NCBI GenBank assembly: GCA_965198175.1
Contig: OZ240245.1
Coordinates: 4,192,001 to 4,256,000, forward strand
DNA: 64,000 nucleotides
Direction: 5' to 3'
Source: Candidatus Poribacteria bacterium
GTDB taxonomy: Bacteria > Poribacteria > WGA-4E > PCPOR2b
The position numbers and the translations under genes were made by a program. Positions 42,108 to 52,339 of this stretch are shown piece after piece; positions within the stretch are counted from its first letter, which is position 1; each line of letters starts with the position of its first letter. The notes under the pieces are model-generated. The model saw only the letters and a list, made by a program, of their open reading frames with translations. It ran no database searches and was not told the origin of the DNA.

Positions 42108-43481
42108 ATGACCACATCGAAACGAACAACTTGGAAAGCTGGACTTGCTTTGATTGTGCTGACGGTCTGGATCGGTATTGATGGATTCTCAGCGTTCTCC
42201 GAAGCGCAGGTGCAGCCTCCCCGCCGAAAACGGCGAGTCATGATCAGCCCAAAAAAGCGACCGAAAGCGGAAGAAACAAAGGTTAACATCGGAAAAAGCC
42301 TCCTCGGCATCGCGCGCCGCGCTAGCCGTCAAAGTAAGCATAAGGTGGTTGATTTTGTCTTTGTCATCGAACGCGGCGAGAAAATGAGAAAGTCGATTGA
42401 GGAGATTGAAGAACAGCTTGACAATGTGGTGAGTGTGTTCGAGGAGTCGGGGGTGGACTACCAGTTAGCGCCGATCTGGTTTCAAAATCAGGGCGGTCCA
42501 AAATTCGAGGGTAGTCCATTGAGGAACGACATCCGTGCGATTCAAGCGGGTTGTTACGCACAACATCGGGGCGACTATTCAACAGGATATGGTCTTGAGG
42601 CGATCATGTGGGGGGTAAGGGAGTTGGACTTCAGATCAGACGCTAGCAAGCACATGATTGTCGTCACGAGTTCACGGTTGCGAACCGCATGGGATGTGCC
42701 TAATGCAAAACAGCAGCTTGTGAATCAGATTATCGAGCGGTGTAAGCAGGATGAGATTCACATCAACGTTATTGGGGTAAATGAAGCCGTGCAGCTACAA
42801 TTAGCGGAGGAATCCGGTGGGAAGTGGTACGCGGTTGACGAATACCAGCAGCGACAAACGCCATTATCGGTTATGGATAAGAGGATTCTCAAATTTGACG
42901 GGATTTTCGAACGCATTGCCGAACTCATCGTTGGGACGGTGAAGCCATCTTCCGATATTGTCTTCGTCTTCGATTCCAGCTTCAGCATGGAAACCAAAAC
43001 TGATGAGATTTGTACAGGGGTAGACAGAATGGCGGCTATCCTTGATGTCGAAGGACTCGACTACCGATTTGGAATCATCCGGTTTTGGGCGCGAGCAGGC
43101 GGGGGAGGAAGCAGTATTGTGGTGACAAAGCCGCCGTTAGATGCAGAGCAGGTCAAGAAGGTATTCCGGCTTCCCAAGCGCGGCGATGAACACGTGCTCG
43201 ACGCAATTATGGAAGGTGTCCCCAAGCTCAAAACACCTGAGGATCGCCAGCTTGTCCTCATTATCGTAACCGATGAATCAACCAGCCATCGTCGAGAGAA
43301 GGGATACACACCTGGAAGAGCGATTGCCGTTTGTCGCCAAGCTGGCGCAATTGTTTACGTCATCGGCGGTGTCACTTCAATGAATAGCGAGACTGATGTC
43401 TTTCAGCGCCGTGTCACCGAAGTAACTAAGGGGGAACACTTCATTATGCCTGGTGCTACGATTGCTGACGAACGGTGGTAA
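42108..43481 (+). CDS. Secreted tandem vWA-domain protein
   Basis: DFVFVIE… and DIVFVFDSSFSM…IVTDE. Confidence 0.7.
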   Translation: MTTSKRTTWKAGLALIVLTVWIGIDGFSAFSEAQVQPPRRKRRVMISPKKRPKAEETKVNIGKSLLGIARRASRQSKHKVVDFVFVIERGEKMRKSIEEIEEQLDNVVSVFEESGVDYQLAPIWFQNQGGPKFEGSPLRNDIRAIQAGCYAQHRGDYSTGYGLEAIMWGVRELDFRSDASKHMIVVTSSRLRTAWDVPNAKQQLVNQIIERCKQDEIHINVIGVNEAVQLQLAEESGGKWYAVDEYQQRQTPLSVMDKRILKFDGIFERIAELIVGTVKPSSDIVFVFDSSFSMETKTDEICTGVDRMAAILDVEGLDYRFGIIRFWARAGGGGSSIVVTKPPLDAEQVKKVFRLPKRGDEHVLDAIMEGVPKLKTPEDRQLVLIIVTDESTSHRREKGYTPGRAIAVCRQAGAIVYVIGGVTSMNSETDVFQRRVTEVTKGEHFIMPGATIADERW

Positions 43482-43525
43482 TCGAAAACACCAGGATTTG
43501 ATTGGGTTTAACACCTACAATAAAC

Positions 43526-44248
43526 TCACAACCGATTGAGAATCTCCGCAAGCTGACGAAAATCATCAAACGCAGCATCAGACAGCTCATCATCGCCCTC
43601 TCCTGCTCTAACGCCTGAAAAGCGAACCGCTTTCATCCCCGCGTTTTTCGCACCGACAATATCTGTCCAAACCAAATCACCGATATGCACCGCGTCAACA
43701 GGTTGTACGTCGAGCCGTCGTAGGGTCGAATGGAACTGTATGACTTCCGGTTTAGTATGCACCGTCTCGTCAGAATAGGTCTGTGCCGAGAATTTGTCTA
43801 AGATATCATCCTCTGCCATTAAACGACGCAAAAATCGACTTGGCGTCAAACCCGTGTCTGAAATAATCCCCAACTGATACTTTGTGCTGAGTTGGGCAAG
43901 CGTATCTTTGGCGTACGGAACAAGCACCGGTGGTACATTTAAGCAGGCTTCACCCGTGAGTTGGACGAGGTCGTCCACGACTGACGGGGTAGGATGAATA
44001 CCAAGCGTGCCTAAAAGGCGCATAATACACGCTTCCACCGTGACACCCCGATGTTGGTGCCACATCTCAGCGGCGAGACCGTAGGCGGCTCGAAAGCCAG
44101 AATTAACCTCAGACGGTGTCACGTTGTGCCCGCTTTCCAAAAGGAATTGGTGACAGCGACGGGTTCGCATAGCCTGACGCTGGCGCCTCAGCTCTGGAGA
44201 ATCTGCGTAAAGGGTTTGCCAAAAATCAAATGTGATGGCTTTAATCAT
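43526..44248 (-). CDS. HAD-superfamily hydrolase
   Basis: FDFWQTL, KP and HIGD…DIVGA. Confidence 0.9.
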   Translation of the reverse strand: MIKAITFDFWQTLYADSPELRRQRQAMRTRRCHQFLLESGHNVTPSEVNSGFRAAYGLAAEMWHQHRGVTVEACIMRLLGTLGIHPTPSVVDDLVQLTGEACLNVPPVLVPYAKDTLAQLSTKYQLGIISDTGLTPSRFLRRLMAEDDILDKFSAQTYSDETVHTKPEVIQFHSTLRRLDVQPVDAVHIGDLVWTDIVGAKNAGMKAVRFSGVRAGEGDDELSDAAFDDFRQLAEILNRL

Positions 44249-44464
44249 ACCCGCCTTTCAATTGGTGTCGCTCGTGAAACTTCAAAGTCAGCCTGCTATA
44301 ATAGAACAGCGTGCGAATTAAGTCAATCGCTTTTTCTAGTTTGTGTCCGTTGAGAATACGGGTAACATTTTCGGATTGACGGGCGCAAGAGCGGTGTGTT
44401 AAGATTTTGACAATCTGAATCACATGCTCAATCCCCGTAAAGTTGTCAAATAAGGATTCTAGCT

Positions 44465-44974
44465 GTGTCCCCGAAGGTCGCTGTTTTTCCCGCAAGTTTT
44501 GATCCCGTTACGAACGGTCACATCGATCTGATTGACCGCGTCTGCAACCTCTCCCTTTTCGATACGCTGATTGTAGCAATCGGCATCAATCCCACCAAGT
44601 CTCCCCGATTCACGCTTGAGGAACAGATTGAAATGTTGGAAGCAGTCATCCAGCCATACCCAAATGTCACCATAGATAAGTTCTCCGGACTCACAGCACA
44701 ATATGCTCAAGAGCGGGGCGCTTGTGCAATTATTCGAGGTCTGCGAGAATTCTCCGACTTTGAAAAGGAATTCCAAATGGCGCGCATGAATCGCCAGATA
44801 GCCCCTGGGGTTGACACCTTATTCATGATGGCAAACACCAAGTATGCTCATTTGAGTTCCACACTCGTCATGGAAATTTTACAGATAGGCGGACCAAAAG
44901 TGAGTGAAGACAAGCTATTGGAAATGGTTCCTCCGGTTGTGTTGAAGATATTAAAAAAGAAGTTTGAGCAATAA
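44465..44974 (+). CDS. coaD: Pantetheine-phosphate adenylyltransferase
   Basis: FPASFDPVTNGH, IIRGLR…DFEKEFQMA and LSST. Confidence 0.93.
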   Translation: MSPKVAVFPASFDPVTNGHIDLIDRVCNLSLFDTLIVAIGINPTKSPRFTLEEQIEMLEAVIQPYPNVTIDKFSGLTAQYAQERGACAIIRGLREFSDFEKEFQMARMNRQIAPGVDTLFMMANTKYAHLSSTLVMEILQIGGPKVSEDKLLEMVPPVVLKILKKKFEQ

Positions 44975-45050
44975 TCTATTGAAGGCTCATTGAGTACGGG
45001 TAGGGCAACTAAGACAAAACAGTTCGTAACTTCAGTGGAGCTACTGTAGG

Positions 45051-45554
45051 ATGCGCAGACCGAAGATACTCACAATCGATGAGGAACTTCGACTCCTCGA
45101 CTGGACCCATCGAAATCGCAGTTTTCGAGACTACCTCGTTATCCTAACCATCCTGCGGACGGGGCTGCGCGCTGCAGAACTCCGCGAATTACTCGTCTCT
45201 GATCTCAAAGCCAATGCTGAAACCTTCACCCAGCTCGTAGTTCGTGCAGAAATTGCACACAATAACAAACCACGCTCCATCGCCATCTCCAACGAATTCC
45301 AAGGACAGTTAAAAGCATTTCTCAAATGGAAGCAGCACCGCGGCGAAGCCATCACTCCGAGGTCGTTTCTGTTTGTTAGCACCGGATTCCCCCAGATAAC
45401 AGTCCGACATCTCCAACGCATCGTACGAGAATCCACCCGTGGTGCGTTCGGTACTTCATATCGCCCCCACGATTTACGATTAACCTTTGAAGCGTGCACT
45501 CTCCCACAAATCCCCGCCGGGACACAGATTCACACACCGCTTAAAATCGATTAG
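45051..45554 (+). CDS. Truncated tyrosine-recombinase catalytic domain
   Basis: RDY…TGLRAAEL and PHDLR are present; no LGH…Y box II and no N-terminal core-binding domain. Confidence 0.7.
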   Translation: MRRPKILTIDEELRLLDWTHRNRSFRDYLVILTILRTGLRAAELRELLVSDLKANAETFTQLVVRAEIAHNNKPRSIAISNEFQGQLKAFLKWKQHRGEAITPRSFLFVSTGFPQITVRHLQRIVRESTRGAFGTSYRPHDLRLTFEACTLPQIPAGTQIHTPLKID

Positions 45555-45699
45555 AAGTCACACTCTGAATCGGAGACGCATCGCTGCAAAACTCTCGACG
45601 TATTCCGATTGAACCACTTTTTTCCTTGCCTTCTTATATGGAATCGTGTATCCTTCAAGAAAGCATCTGAATCCACAGGTATTTTTCAAGAGGCAAGAT

Positions 45700-46578
45700 A
45701 TGCATTGGGACTTTGAAAAGGTTGCTGGACCGTTCAGCTTTACCGAAGGACCCGCTTGGGGCGTGGAGGCTGTCCTCTTTACCGACATCCCGAACAGCCG
45801 TATCATGCGCTATACGCCAAGCGATGGTGAATCCACCGTCTTTCGCACAGGAACAAACGGTGCTAATGGGCTAGTGTTCGACAAGACTGGACAGTTGTAC
45901 GGCTGCGAGGGCAGCGGCCGGAGGATTGTGCGCTACAACCGAGACGGAACAACTACTGTCATTGCGGACAAATTTGACGGGAAACGCCTCAACAGCCCGA
46001 ACGATCTCGCTTTCGATGCTCAAGGCGGGCTTTGGTTCACCGATCCGCGCTACGGCGATAGAACCGATGATCTAGAGTTGGATCACCAGTCGGTGTTTCG
46101 GTTGGATCCTCAACCAGATGACACTTGGAAAATCAATCGGGTCACCTATGACACAACGAAACCGAATGGACTCTTAATCTCCCCGGATCGGAAGTGGCTC
46201 TACGTCGCCCAGAGCGAATACGGCGTAGATAAGAAACGAGAGCTACGCGCCTATCCAATCAAAGATGATGGAACGGTTGGCGACTATGAGGTCCTGCATA
46301 ACTTCTACCCACATCGCGGCGTTGATGGTATGTGTTTGGATACTGAAGGCAACATCATCGCCGCCGCAGGCTGGCGAAAAAGTGGGCCTGGACCAATGAT
46401 TTATATCTTCGCGCCCAACGGTCGTGTCCTGGAAACGCATCCGATTCCAGCGGATATCCCCACAAATTGCACCTTTGGAGATGCCGATCTGCGGACGCTT
46501 TATGTAACCGCAGGAGGCTGTCTATATCGCATCCGCACCGAACGCACAGGATATCTCATTTTCCCTTATCGACAATAA
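45700..46578 (+). CDS. SMP-30/gluconolactonase family protein
   Basis: FTEGPAW, LNSPND, PNGL, DGMCLD and TNCTFG. Confidence 0.92.
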   Translation: MHWDFEKVAGPFSFTEGPAWGVEAVLFTDIPNSRIMRYTPSDGESTVFRTGTNGANGLVFDKTGQLYGCEGSGRRIVRYNRDGTTTVIADKFDGKRLNSPNDLAFDAQGGLWFTDPRYGDRTDDLELDHQSVFRLDPQPDDTWKINRVTYDTTKPNGLLISPDRKWLYVAQSEYGVDKKRELRAYPIKDDGTVGDYEVLHNFYPHRGVDGMCLDTEGNIIAAAGWRKSGPGPMIYIFAPNGRVLETHPIPADIPTNCTFGDADLRTLYVTAGGCLYRIRTERTGYLIFPYRQ

Positions 46579-46705
46579 ATCGGTCGTATTCAAAAATGCG
46601 GTGGTGGCGTTAGAAGAATTTCAGGAGTAGAGTTACCCTTGATGAGTCTCGTGAAGATATGCTAAAATTATAAGAGTTGATGGGGTGACATTTGGCGAGG
46701 GAGAT

Positions 46706-47722
46706 GTGAGCCTACAAGCTGTTTTAGATCGACTGGAAGGCAAACATGTCGTTATCATCGGTGATGTCATTTTAGATGCGTACATCTGGGGCGATGTCAA
46801 GCGAATTTCACCGGAAGCCCCTGTTCCAGTATTAGAAATGACCTCTGAAACAGCTCGATTCGGCGGCGCTGCGAACGTAGCGCATAACGTTGCGAGTCTG
46901 AGTGGGTACGCGGACCTCATTGGAGTGATAGGCGATGATAGTAACGGTACGACACTGGTTGAGATACTTCAAGAAGCAGGGGTTAATACCGACGGCATCT
47001 GCACCGATTCGAGTCGTCCAACAAGCACCAAAACCCGTGTGATTGCGCGAGCCTCGTCTACGAGCGTGTCAAATCATCAACAGCTCGTGCGAATTGACCG
47101 AGAATCTAAGTTGCCTGTTGATGCGTCCCTACAGGATGAGTTGCTGAAAACTGTTGTCAATCGGATTCCACAGGCAGACGCACTCATTATTGAAGACTAC
47201 GAGAAGGGCGTGATGAGTGTTGAGCTCATCGAGAATATTCTCGTTGAAGCACGTCAATACGACAAACCGATTGTCGTTGATCCTAAAGTCGAAAATTTTT
47301 GGAACTACAAAGGGGTAACATCAATCACGCCTAACCACAAGGAAGCCGGTGCAGCCTTGAACCGGGAAATCACCGATGAACACACCTTAATTGAGGTCGG
47401 CGAAGAGATATTAGACCGCTTAAATCTTGAAGGTTTACTAATCACCCGTGGTGAGCAAGGTATGTCTTTATTTCGCAGGACTGGAGACAACGGGCGAACG
47501 CAGGTTGAGCACATTTGTCCTGCACATCCACGCGACGTGTTTGACGACACGGGCGCTGGCGATACCGTTGTAGCTGTATTCACACTTGCCCTCGCGGCAC
47601 ATGCTGACATGTTCGACGCCGCCCGGCTTTCTAATTTGGCTGGAGGAATCGTCGTTGGCGAGGTCGGCTGTGCTGCTGCTACACGTGAGAGCCTTTCTCA
47701 GGCGATTCGTTTGGAGATGTAG
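46706..47722 (+). CDS. hldA: D-glycero-beta-D-manno-heptose-7-phosphate kinase
   Basis: GDVILD, RISPEAPVPV, GGAANVA and DTGAGDTV. Confidence 0.92.
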   Translation: MSLQAVLDRLEGKHVVIIGDVILDAYIWGDVKRISPEAPVPVLEMTSETARFGGAANVAHNVASLSGYADLIGVIGDDSNGTTLVEILQEAGVNTDGICTDSSRPTSTKTRVIARASSTSVSNHQQLVRIDRESKLPVDASLQDELLKTVVNRIPQADALIIEDYEKGVMSVELIENILVEARQYDKPIVVDPKVENFWNYKGVTSITPNHKEAGAALNREITDEHTLIEVGEEILDRLNLEGLLITRGEQGMSLFRRTGDNGRTQVEHICPAHPRDVFDDTGAGDTVVAVFTLALAAHADMFDAARLSNLAGGIVVGEVGCAAATRESLSQAIRLEM

Positions 47723-47723
47723 C

Positions 47724-48290
47724 GTGAAGACCGTCTTTCTTGATCGGGATGGGGTGATTAATCGCAAATTTGAAAATGACTATGTCAAAAATTGGGATGA
47801 GTTTGAATTTCTCCCGAATACTCTGAGAGCGATTCAACATCTCACAGATGCCGGACACCGTCTGATTGTCGTTACGAATCAATCCTGCATCAACAAAGGC
47901 ATCGTCGCTTCACGAACACTTGACGAGATTCATCAGCGAATGGTGTCGGAAATTGAGCGAGCTAGCGGTCGTATTCACGCGATTTACTACTGTCCTCATC
48001 GGGACGACGAAGGGTGCGGTTGTCGCAAGCCCAAGCCAGGGCTTCTAATCCAAGCAGCACATGAGCACGCAATCGACCTGTCACGGTCTTACCTCGTTGG
48101 GGATTCGATGAGGGACATCGCGGCAGGTCAACAAGTTGGATGCCGGGCTTTTCTCGTGTTGACAGGAAATTACTCCCGAGTGCTTGAGAAACAAACTCAA
48201 AATGCCACATCTCGTGAGAATTTCCAACCGGAAAGGATTTTCGCCGACCTATATGGGGCAGCGATATGGATACTCGAAGAGTCAGATTGA
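47724..48290 (+). CDS. gmhB: D,D-heptose-1,7-bisphosphate phosphatase
   Basis: FLDRDGVIN, TNQS, CPH…CRKPKPG and GDS. Confidence 0.9.
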   Translation: MKTVFLDRDGVINRKFENDYVKNWDEFEFLPNTLRAIQHLTDAGHRLIVVTNQSCINKGIVASRTLDEIHQRMVSEIERASGRIHAIYYCPHRDDEGCGCRKPKPGLLIQAAHEHAIDLSRSYLVGDSMRDIAAGQQVGCRAFLVLTGNYSRVLEKQTQNATSRENFQPERIFADLYGAAIWILEESD

Positions 48291-48417
48291 ACGATCACGT
48301 CCAATCTTTAACTGCCGTTCTATGCACTAATTTGTATCGCCGGAGACAAGTTCGCTTGGCGGCTCGATCATCCACGAAGTTAGCACTTTAGTCTTAACAT
48401 AAGCTATTCTAATACTA

Positions 48418-49734
48418 ATGATTCGTCAAAAGATTGAAACTCGAACAATACGCGCAGGTGTTATCGGACTTGGCTATGTAGGTCTGCCACTCATGGTCGC
48501 GATCGCGAAAGCAGGCTTTTCTGTGGCGGGAATTGATTCCTCCAGCAGCAAAGTTAACCACATTCAGCGGGGGATTTCCTACATTCCGGATGTTCCGTCA
48601 GAGAATGTTGCGCCGTTTGTCGAACGCGGGCAGATTCAAGTCACAACGGATTATCAGGCGCTCAAAGATCTGGATACGATCAATATTTGCGTGCCGACGC
48701 CGTTGCGCAAGAGCAAAGATCCAGATATGAGTTTTATCCTATCTGCAGTGGAGAGAGTGGCTCAGTATTTACATAAGGATCAGTTGATTATTCTAGAAAG
48801 TACGACCTATCCCGGCACGACGGAGGAGGTTGTTCTGCCAAAGCTTGAGGCAACTGGCTTAAAGGTTGGTCACGATTTCTTCCTCGCCTTTTCCCCAGAG
48901 CGGATTGATCCGGGCAATAAAATCTATACTACGGTGAATACACCTAAGATTGTCGGAGGGATAACTCCCACTTGTACCCAGATTGCTCAACGTTTTTATG
49001 AAGAGTTTATTAACGAGGTTCATCCGGTTTCCTCCACAAGGACAGCGGAAATGGTCAAACTGTTAGAAAATACGTTCCGGAGTGTCAATATTGGTCTAGT
49101 GAACGAAATGGCGCTGATGTGCGATCGCATGAACCTGGATGTCTGGGAAATTGTCGATGCTGCAGCGACAAAACCGTTTGGATTTATGCCATTTTACCCC
49201 GGTCCAGGGTTGGGAGGGCACTGCCTCCCCATCGATCCATGGCATTTATCATGGAAGGCGAAGACATATGAGTTCTACGCTCGATTTATTGAGCTTGCTA
49301 GCGAAATCAACAGTTCAATGCCAGAGTATGTACTGGACAAGATTGTTAATGCGCTCAATCGTCAACGTAAGGCGGTTAACGGATCAAAAGTTCTGATTAT
49401 CGGAGTCGCCTATAAAAAGGATGTGGGGGATATTCGGGAATCACCGGCGATTGATCTTGTCCGCCTTATTGCCGACCGCGGCGGTGAAATTCTCTATCAT
49501 GATCCGTACGTTCCAGAATTTCACAGAGGAAGTACAGGGAATCATCTCCCAAATCACTATGTTTCTCAGGAGCTGACCGTCGATCTCGTTAGAAATGTTG
49601 ATTGCGTTGCGATTATGACAGATCACTCAAACATTGATTACAGTTGGCTTGTCAAATATGCCCATGTGGTTGTAGATACACGAAATGCAACAAAATTGGT
49701 CGATAATCATCGAGATAAGATTATCAGAATTTAA
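48418..49734 (+). CDS. Nucleotide-sugar dehydrogenase (UDP-GlcNAc/ManNAc 6-dehydrogenase-like)
   Basis: GLGYVGLP, CVPTP, ESTTYPGTT and GGHCLPIDP. Confidence 0.95.
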   Translation: MIRQKIETRTIRAGVIGLGYVGLPLMVAIAKAGFSVAGIDSSSSKVNHIQRGISYIPDVPSENVAPFVERGQIQVTTDYQALKDLDTINICVPTPLRKSKDPDMSFILSAVERVAQYLHKDQLIILESTTYPGTTEEVVLPKLEATGLKVGHDFFLAFSPERIDPGNKIYTTVNTPKIVGGITPTCTQIAQRFYEEFINEVHPVSSTRTAEMVKLLENTFRSVNIGLVNEMALMCDRMNLDVWEIVDAAATKPFGFMPFYPGPGLGGHCLPIDPWHLSWKAKTYEFYARFIELASEINSSMPEYVLDKIVNALNRQRKAVNGSKVLIIGVAYKKDVGDIRESPAIDLVRLIADRGGEILYHDPYVPEFHRGSTGNHLPNHYVSQELTVDLVRNVDCVAIMTDHSNIDYSWLVKYAHVVVDTRNATKLVDNHRDKIIRI

Positions 49735-49806
49735 TGTTCTCCGGTTCCTTTTGATTTCTTATGGATTACATATTACGACTGACCCCTCACATTTTGGAGA
49801 TTAACC

Positions 49807-51366
49807 ATGTTTCAGGATTGTCCAAAAGTGAATGTACAAATTCCCACACATCAACTGGCTTGGATTCTTGATGACTGCTTTAGCGGGCAAGAGATTATCA
49901 CGCTAGCAGATCAATGTGGAATCCAGTGTGAATCGGAGCAATCGCGTTCCCTGCCGAAAAAATTAGCGGATGATTTCTTTGATAAAGCCATTATTGAAAA
50001 GATGGTAAGCTGGTATCTCTTACAAAAGGCACAACATGCTGCGCGTCGAGTAGAATACATGAATGACGAGGAAATCCGGTTCTTCTTGCGAGACACCGCT
50101 CAACTTCTAGAGGATGGGGAATTTGGCGCGATGATTTGGGCGCTCTTGATTAATCCGCGTGACGCTGTGCAGCAGCACGGCTTGAATCTGCTTGCGCAGC
50201 ACGACCAACTCCTTCAGTCCCAAGGTGCTTCTAGCAAAACTACCGAAGATACAGATTCTCGTGGCTTCTCCGCAGAATCCGATGAAGATGGGTCGGATGT
50301 GGACGTCGAGAGTGCCCATCCAAGTCACGATGTAGGTGACGAAGCTGCCAACACCCCTCTGTTAGTTAGTCCGGATCTAAAGCCTGACTTAAACCAATTC
50401 GCTGAGCAAAACGAAAAGATGGATCAACTCCACCAGACAATTCATGAACTTCAGCTTGAACAAGCGACGGTACAACACGAAAATAGTGAACTGAAACAAC
50501 AACTTCAGGAGTTAGCCGAAGAAATCCGTCGCATAAAAGATCACGAGCAGCATCAATACAAAGAAGTTGAATCCCGTTGCCAGCGACTAGAGCATGAAAA
50601 TAAAACGCTTCGAGAAGATGTGGAGAACCTTTCTAATCAACTTAGCGAACTGCATCAACTAAAAGCAGAAAGAACACAGCTTGCACTGGAATTAAAATCT
50701 GTTGAAAAAGCAGCCTACCGGAGCCTGGAAATCATCGAACGGAGCCAATCGGATTTCCGAACCCAATCTGTTGATTTGCCGGAGAGCCACAAAACTTCGA
50801 GAGTCGTGACGACGCGTGCGGAGGAAAGAGTTTCAACAAAAATCATCGACAGGCAAGTTAATAGCGGAGGAAACCGGAATCGTATAATGGCAAGCCAGCC
50901 TGCCGTCGGGGTCTTTGTTGATGTCCAGAACATGTTCTATGCAGCGAAAGATCGTTACGCCGGACGTGTAGATTACATTAAACTGCTGGACCTCATCGTA
51001 GGTCCCCGCCAACTAGTTCTGGCGTATGCGTATGTCGTTCAAATTCCTGAAATTAACCAAGCGGGTTTCTTGTCACTTCTGGAACACAACGGCTATACCA
51101 TAAAAAGTAAAGACTTACGGCTGCGTGGAGATGGATCGGCAAAAGGGGATTGGGATGTTGGAATTACGATAGACGTTGTTTCAAGGCTAGACGCCTTGGA
51201 TGTCGTCATTCTGGCGAGTGGCGATGGGGATTTCTGCGCCCTTGCTGAAACGATAAAGCAGCAGCAGAAGCGTATTGAGGTAGTAGCTTTTGAACATAAT
51301 ACGTCAATGGATCTGCTACGTGCCGCCGATCAGTTTTTCCCAATTGGCGACGATTTGTTGATTTAA
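49807..51366 (+). CDS. Coiled-coil protein with a C-terminal NYN (LabA/DUF88) domain
   Basis: Heptad-rich middle region; VFVDVQN, KGDWDV and SGDGDF. Confidence 0.85.
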   Translation: MFQDCPKVNVQIPTHQLAWILDDCFSGQEIITLADQCGIQCESEQSRSLPKKLADDFFDKAIIEKMVSWYLLQKAQHAARRVEYMNDEEIRFFLRDTAQLLEDGEFGAMIWALLINPRDAVQQHGLNLLAQHDQLLQSQGASSKTTEDTDSRGFSAESDEDGSDVDVESAHPSHDVGDEAANTPLLVSPDLKPDLNQFAEQNEKMDQLHQTIHELQLEQATVQHENSELKQQLQELAEEIRRIKDHEQHQYKEVESRCQRLEHENKTLREDVENLSNQLSELHQLKAERTQLALELKSVEKAAYRSLEIIERSQSDFRTQSVDLPESHKTSRVVTTRAEERVSTKIIDRQVNSGGNRNRIMASQPAVGVFVDVQNMFYAAKDRYAGRVDYIKLLDLIVGPRQLVLAYAYVVQIPEINQAGFLSLLEHNGYTIKSKDLRLRGDGSAKGDWDVGITIDVVSRLDALDVVILASGDGDFCALAETIKQQQKRIEVVAFEHNTSMDLLRAADQFFPIGDDLLI

Positions 51367-52055
51367 TACATAATCCGCGATGTAGTAGCAACTTTGTACG
51401 CTTTATCGTTGTGAATAATTGTTTAAGAATTTCGACAGCCTACCGGTATTTTTTTGGGGGAGCAACGCCACACTGGTCAAGTATAACATCAGATTCGATT
51501 ATCCTTACTCCTGGAAGTTTTGAGAATGATTCTGTTATTGATCTGCTTGTATTAAGAGCTTGTTTGAAAAGTCATTTGATACGTTATAGCACCAAGTAAA
51601 TAGAAAGGACGTACACCATAGTCTCAGCAGTCTGGGGATAGCGTTCACAGTCCAATGTCAATCGACGACACCTTTCCGGACATTCTCCGATAAAAACATG
51701 CAGACCTTAACGAACACGACTCGACGGCTTATGCGCGTTCGATCCCAAGATAATATCGGTCACAATTTCAGCATCGCAATCGGTTAAGAAGTCTTACGGT
51801 TCCCAACAATGGTAACCGCCCCTCCTTTAACGATTTTACACATTTGTTAGCATTGCATGAAGCCTAGATTTGGTGCGGTTATCACGACCTCCGCGCCTGA
51901 TTTTACGCGAATTCTTGTAAAAAGAAGTGTCTTTCCCTTTCATGCCACCCGAATACTGCCTCCCCATACTTAAAACTTTTGAACTGCCCGTATCCCTTGA
52001 CACATCAGGCTTTCCGAGTCCAAACCAATCCCAAATTGAAGGAGATTATAGCGTT

Positions 52056-52070
52056 TGGCATATGATTTGC
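52056..52070 (+). promoter_or_regulatory. sigma54 (-24/-12) promoter
   Basis: TGGCAT-N5-TTGC, nearly identical to the site at 38812. Confidence 0.6.
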
Positions 52071-52339
52071 GCCATCACATGTACCGCAATCTAATCAACG
52101 TACCTGATGCAATACTATGCAGGAAATTTTGGCTGCACGACAGTCCCTACGATTCAGTCGGGCAGGGCATCAAGCCAAGAAGGAATATAAACGATAAAAA
52201 CCACTAGCTCTTTAGGAATACTGTACGGAATTTGCCTTTACACCAAAGGAGGATTCTGTGGCAAAATCTATCATCTGTGTGGCAGATAAAGCTGAAGAAT
52301 CAATAACTGAACCATTACCGCCTTAGAGGTGCGGTTCCT

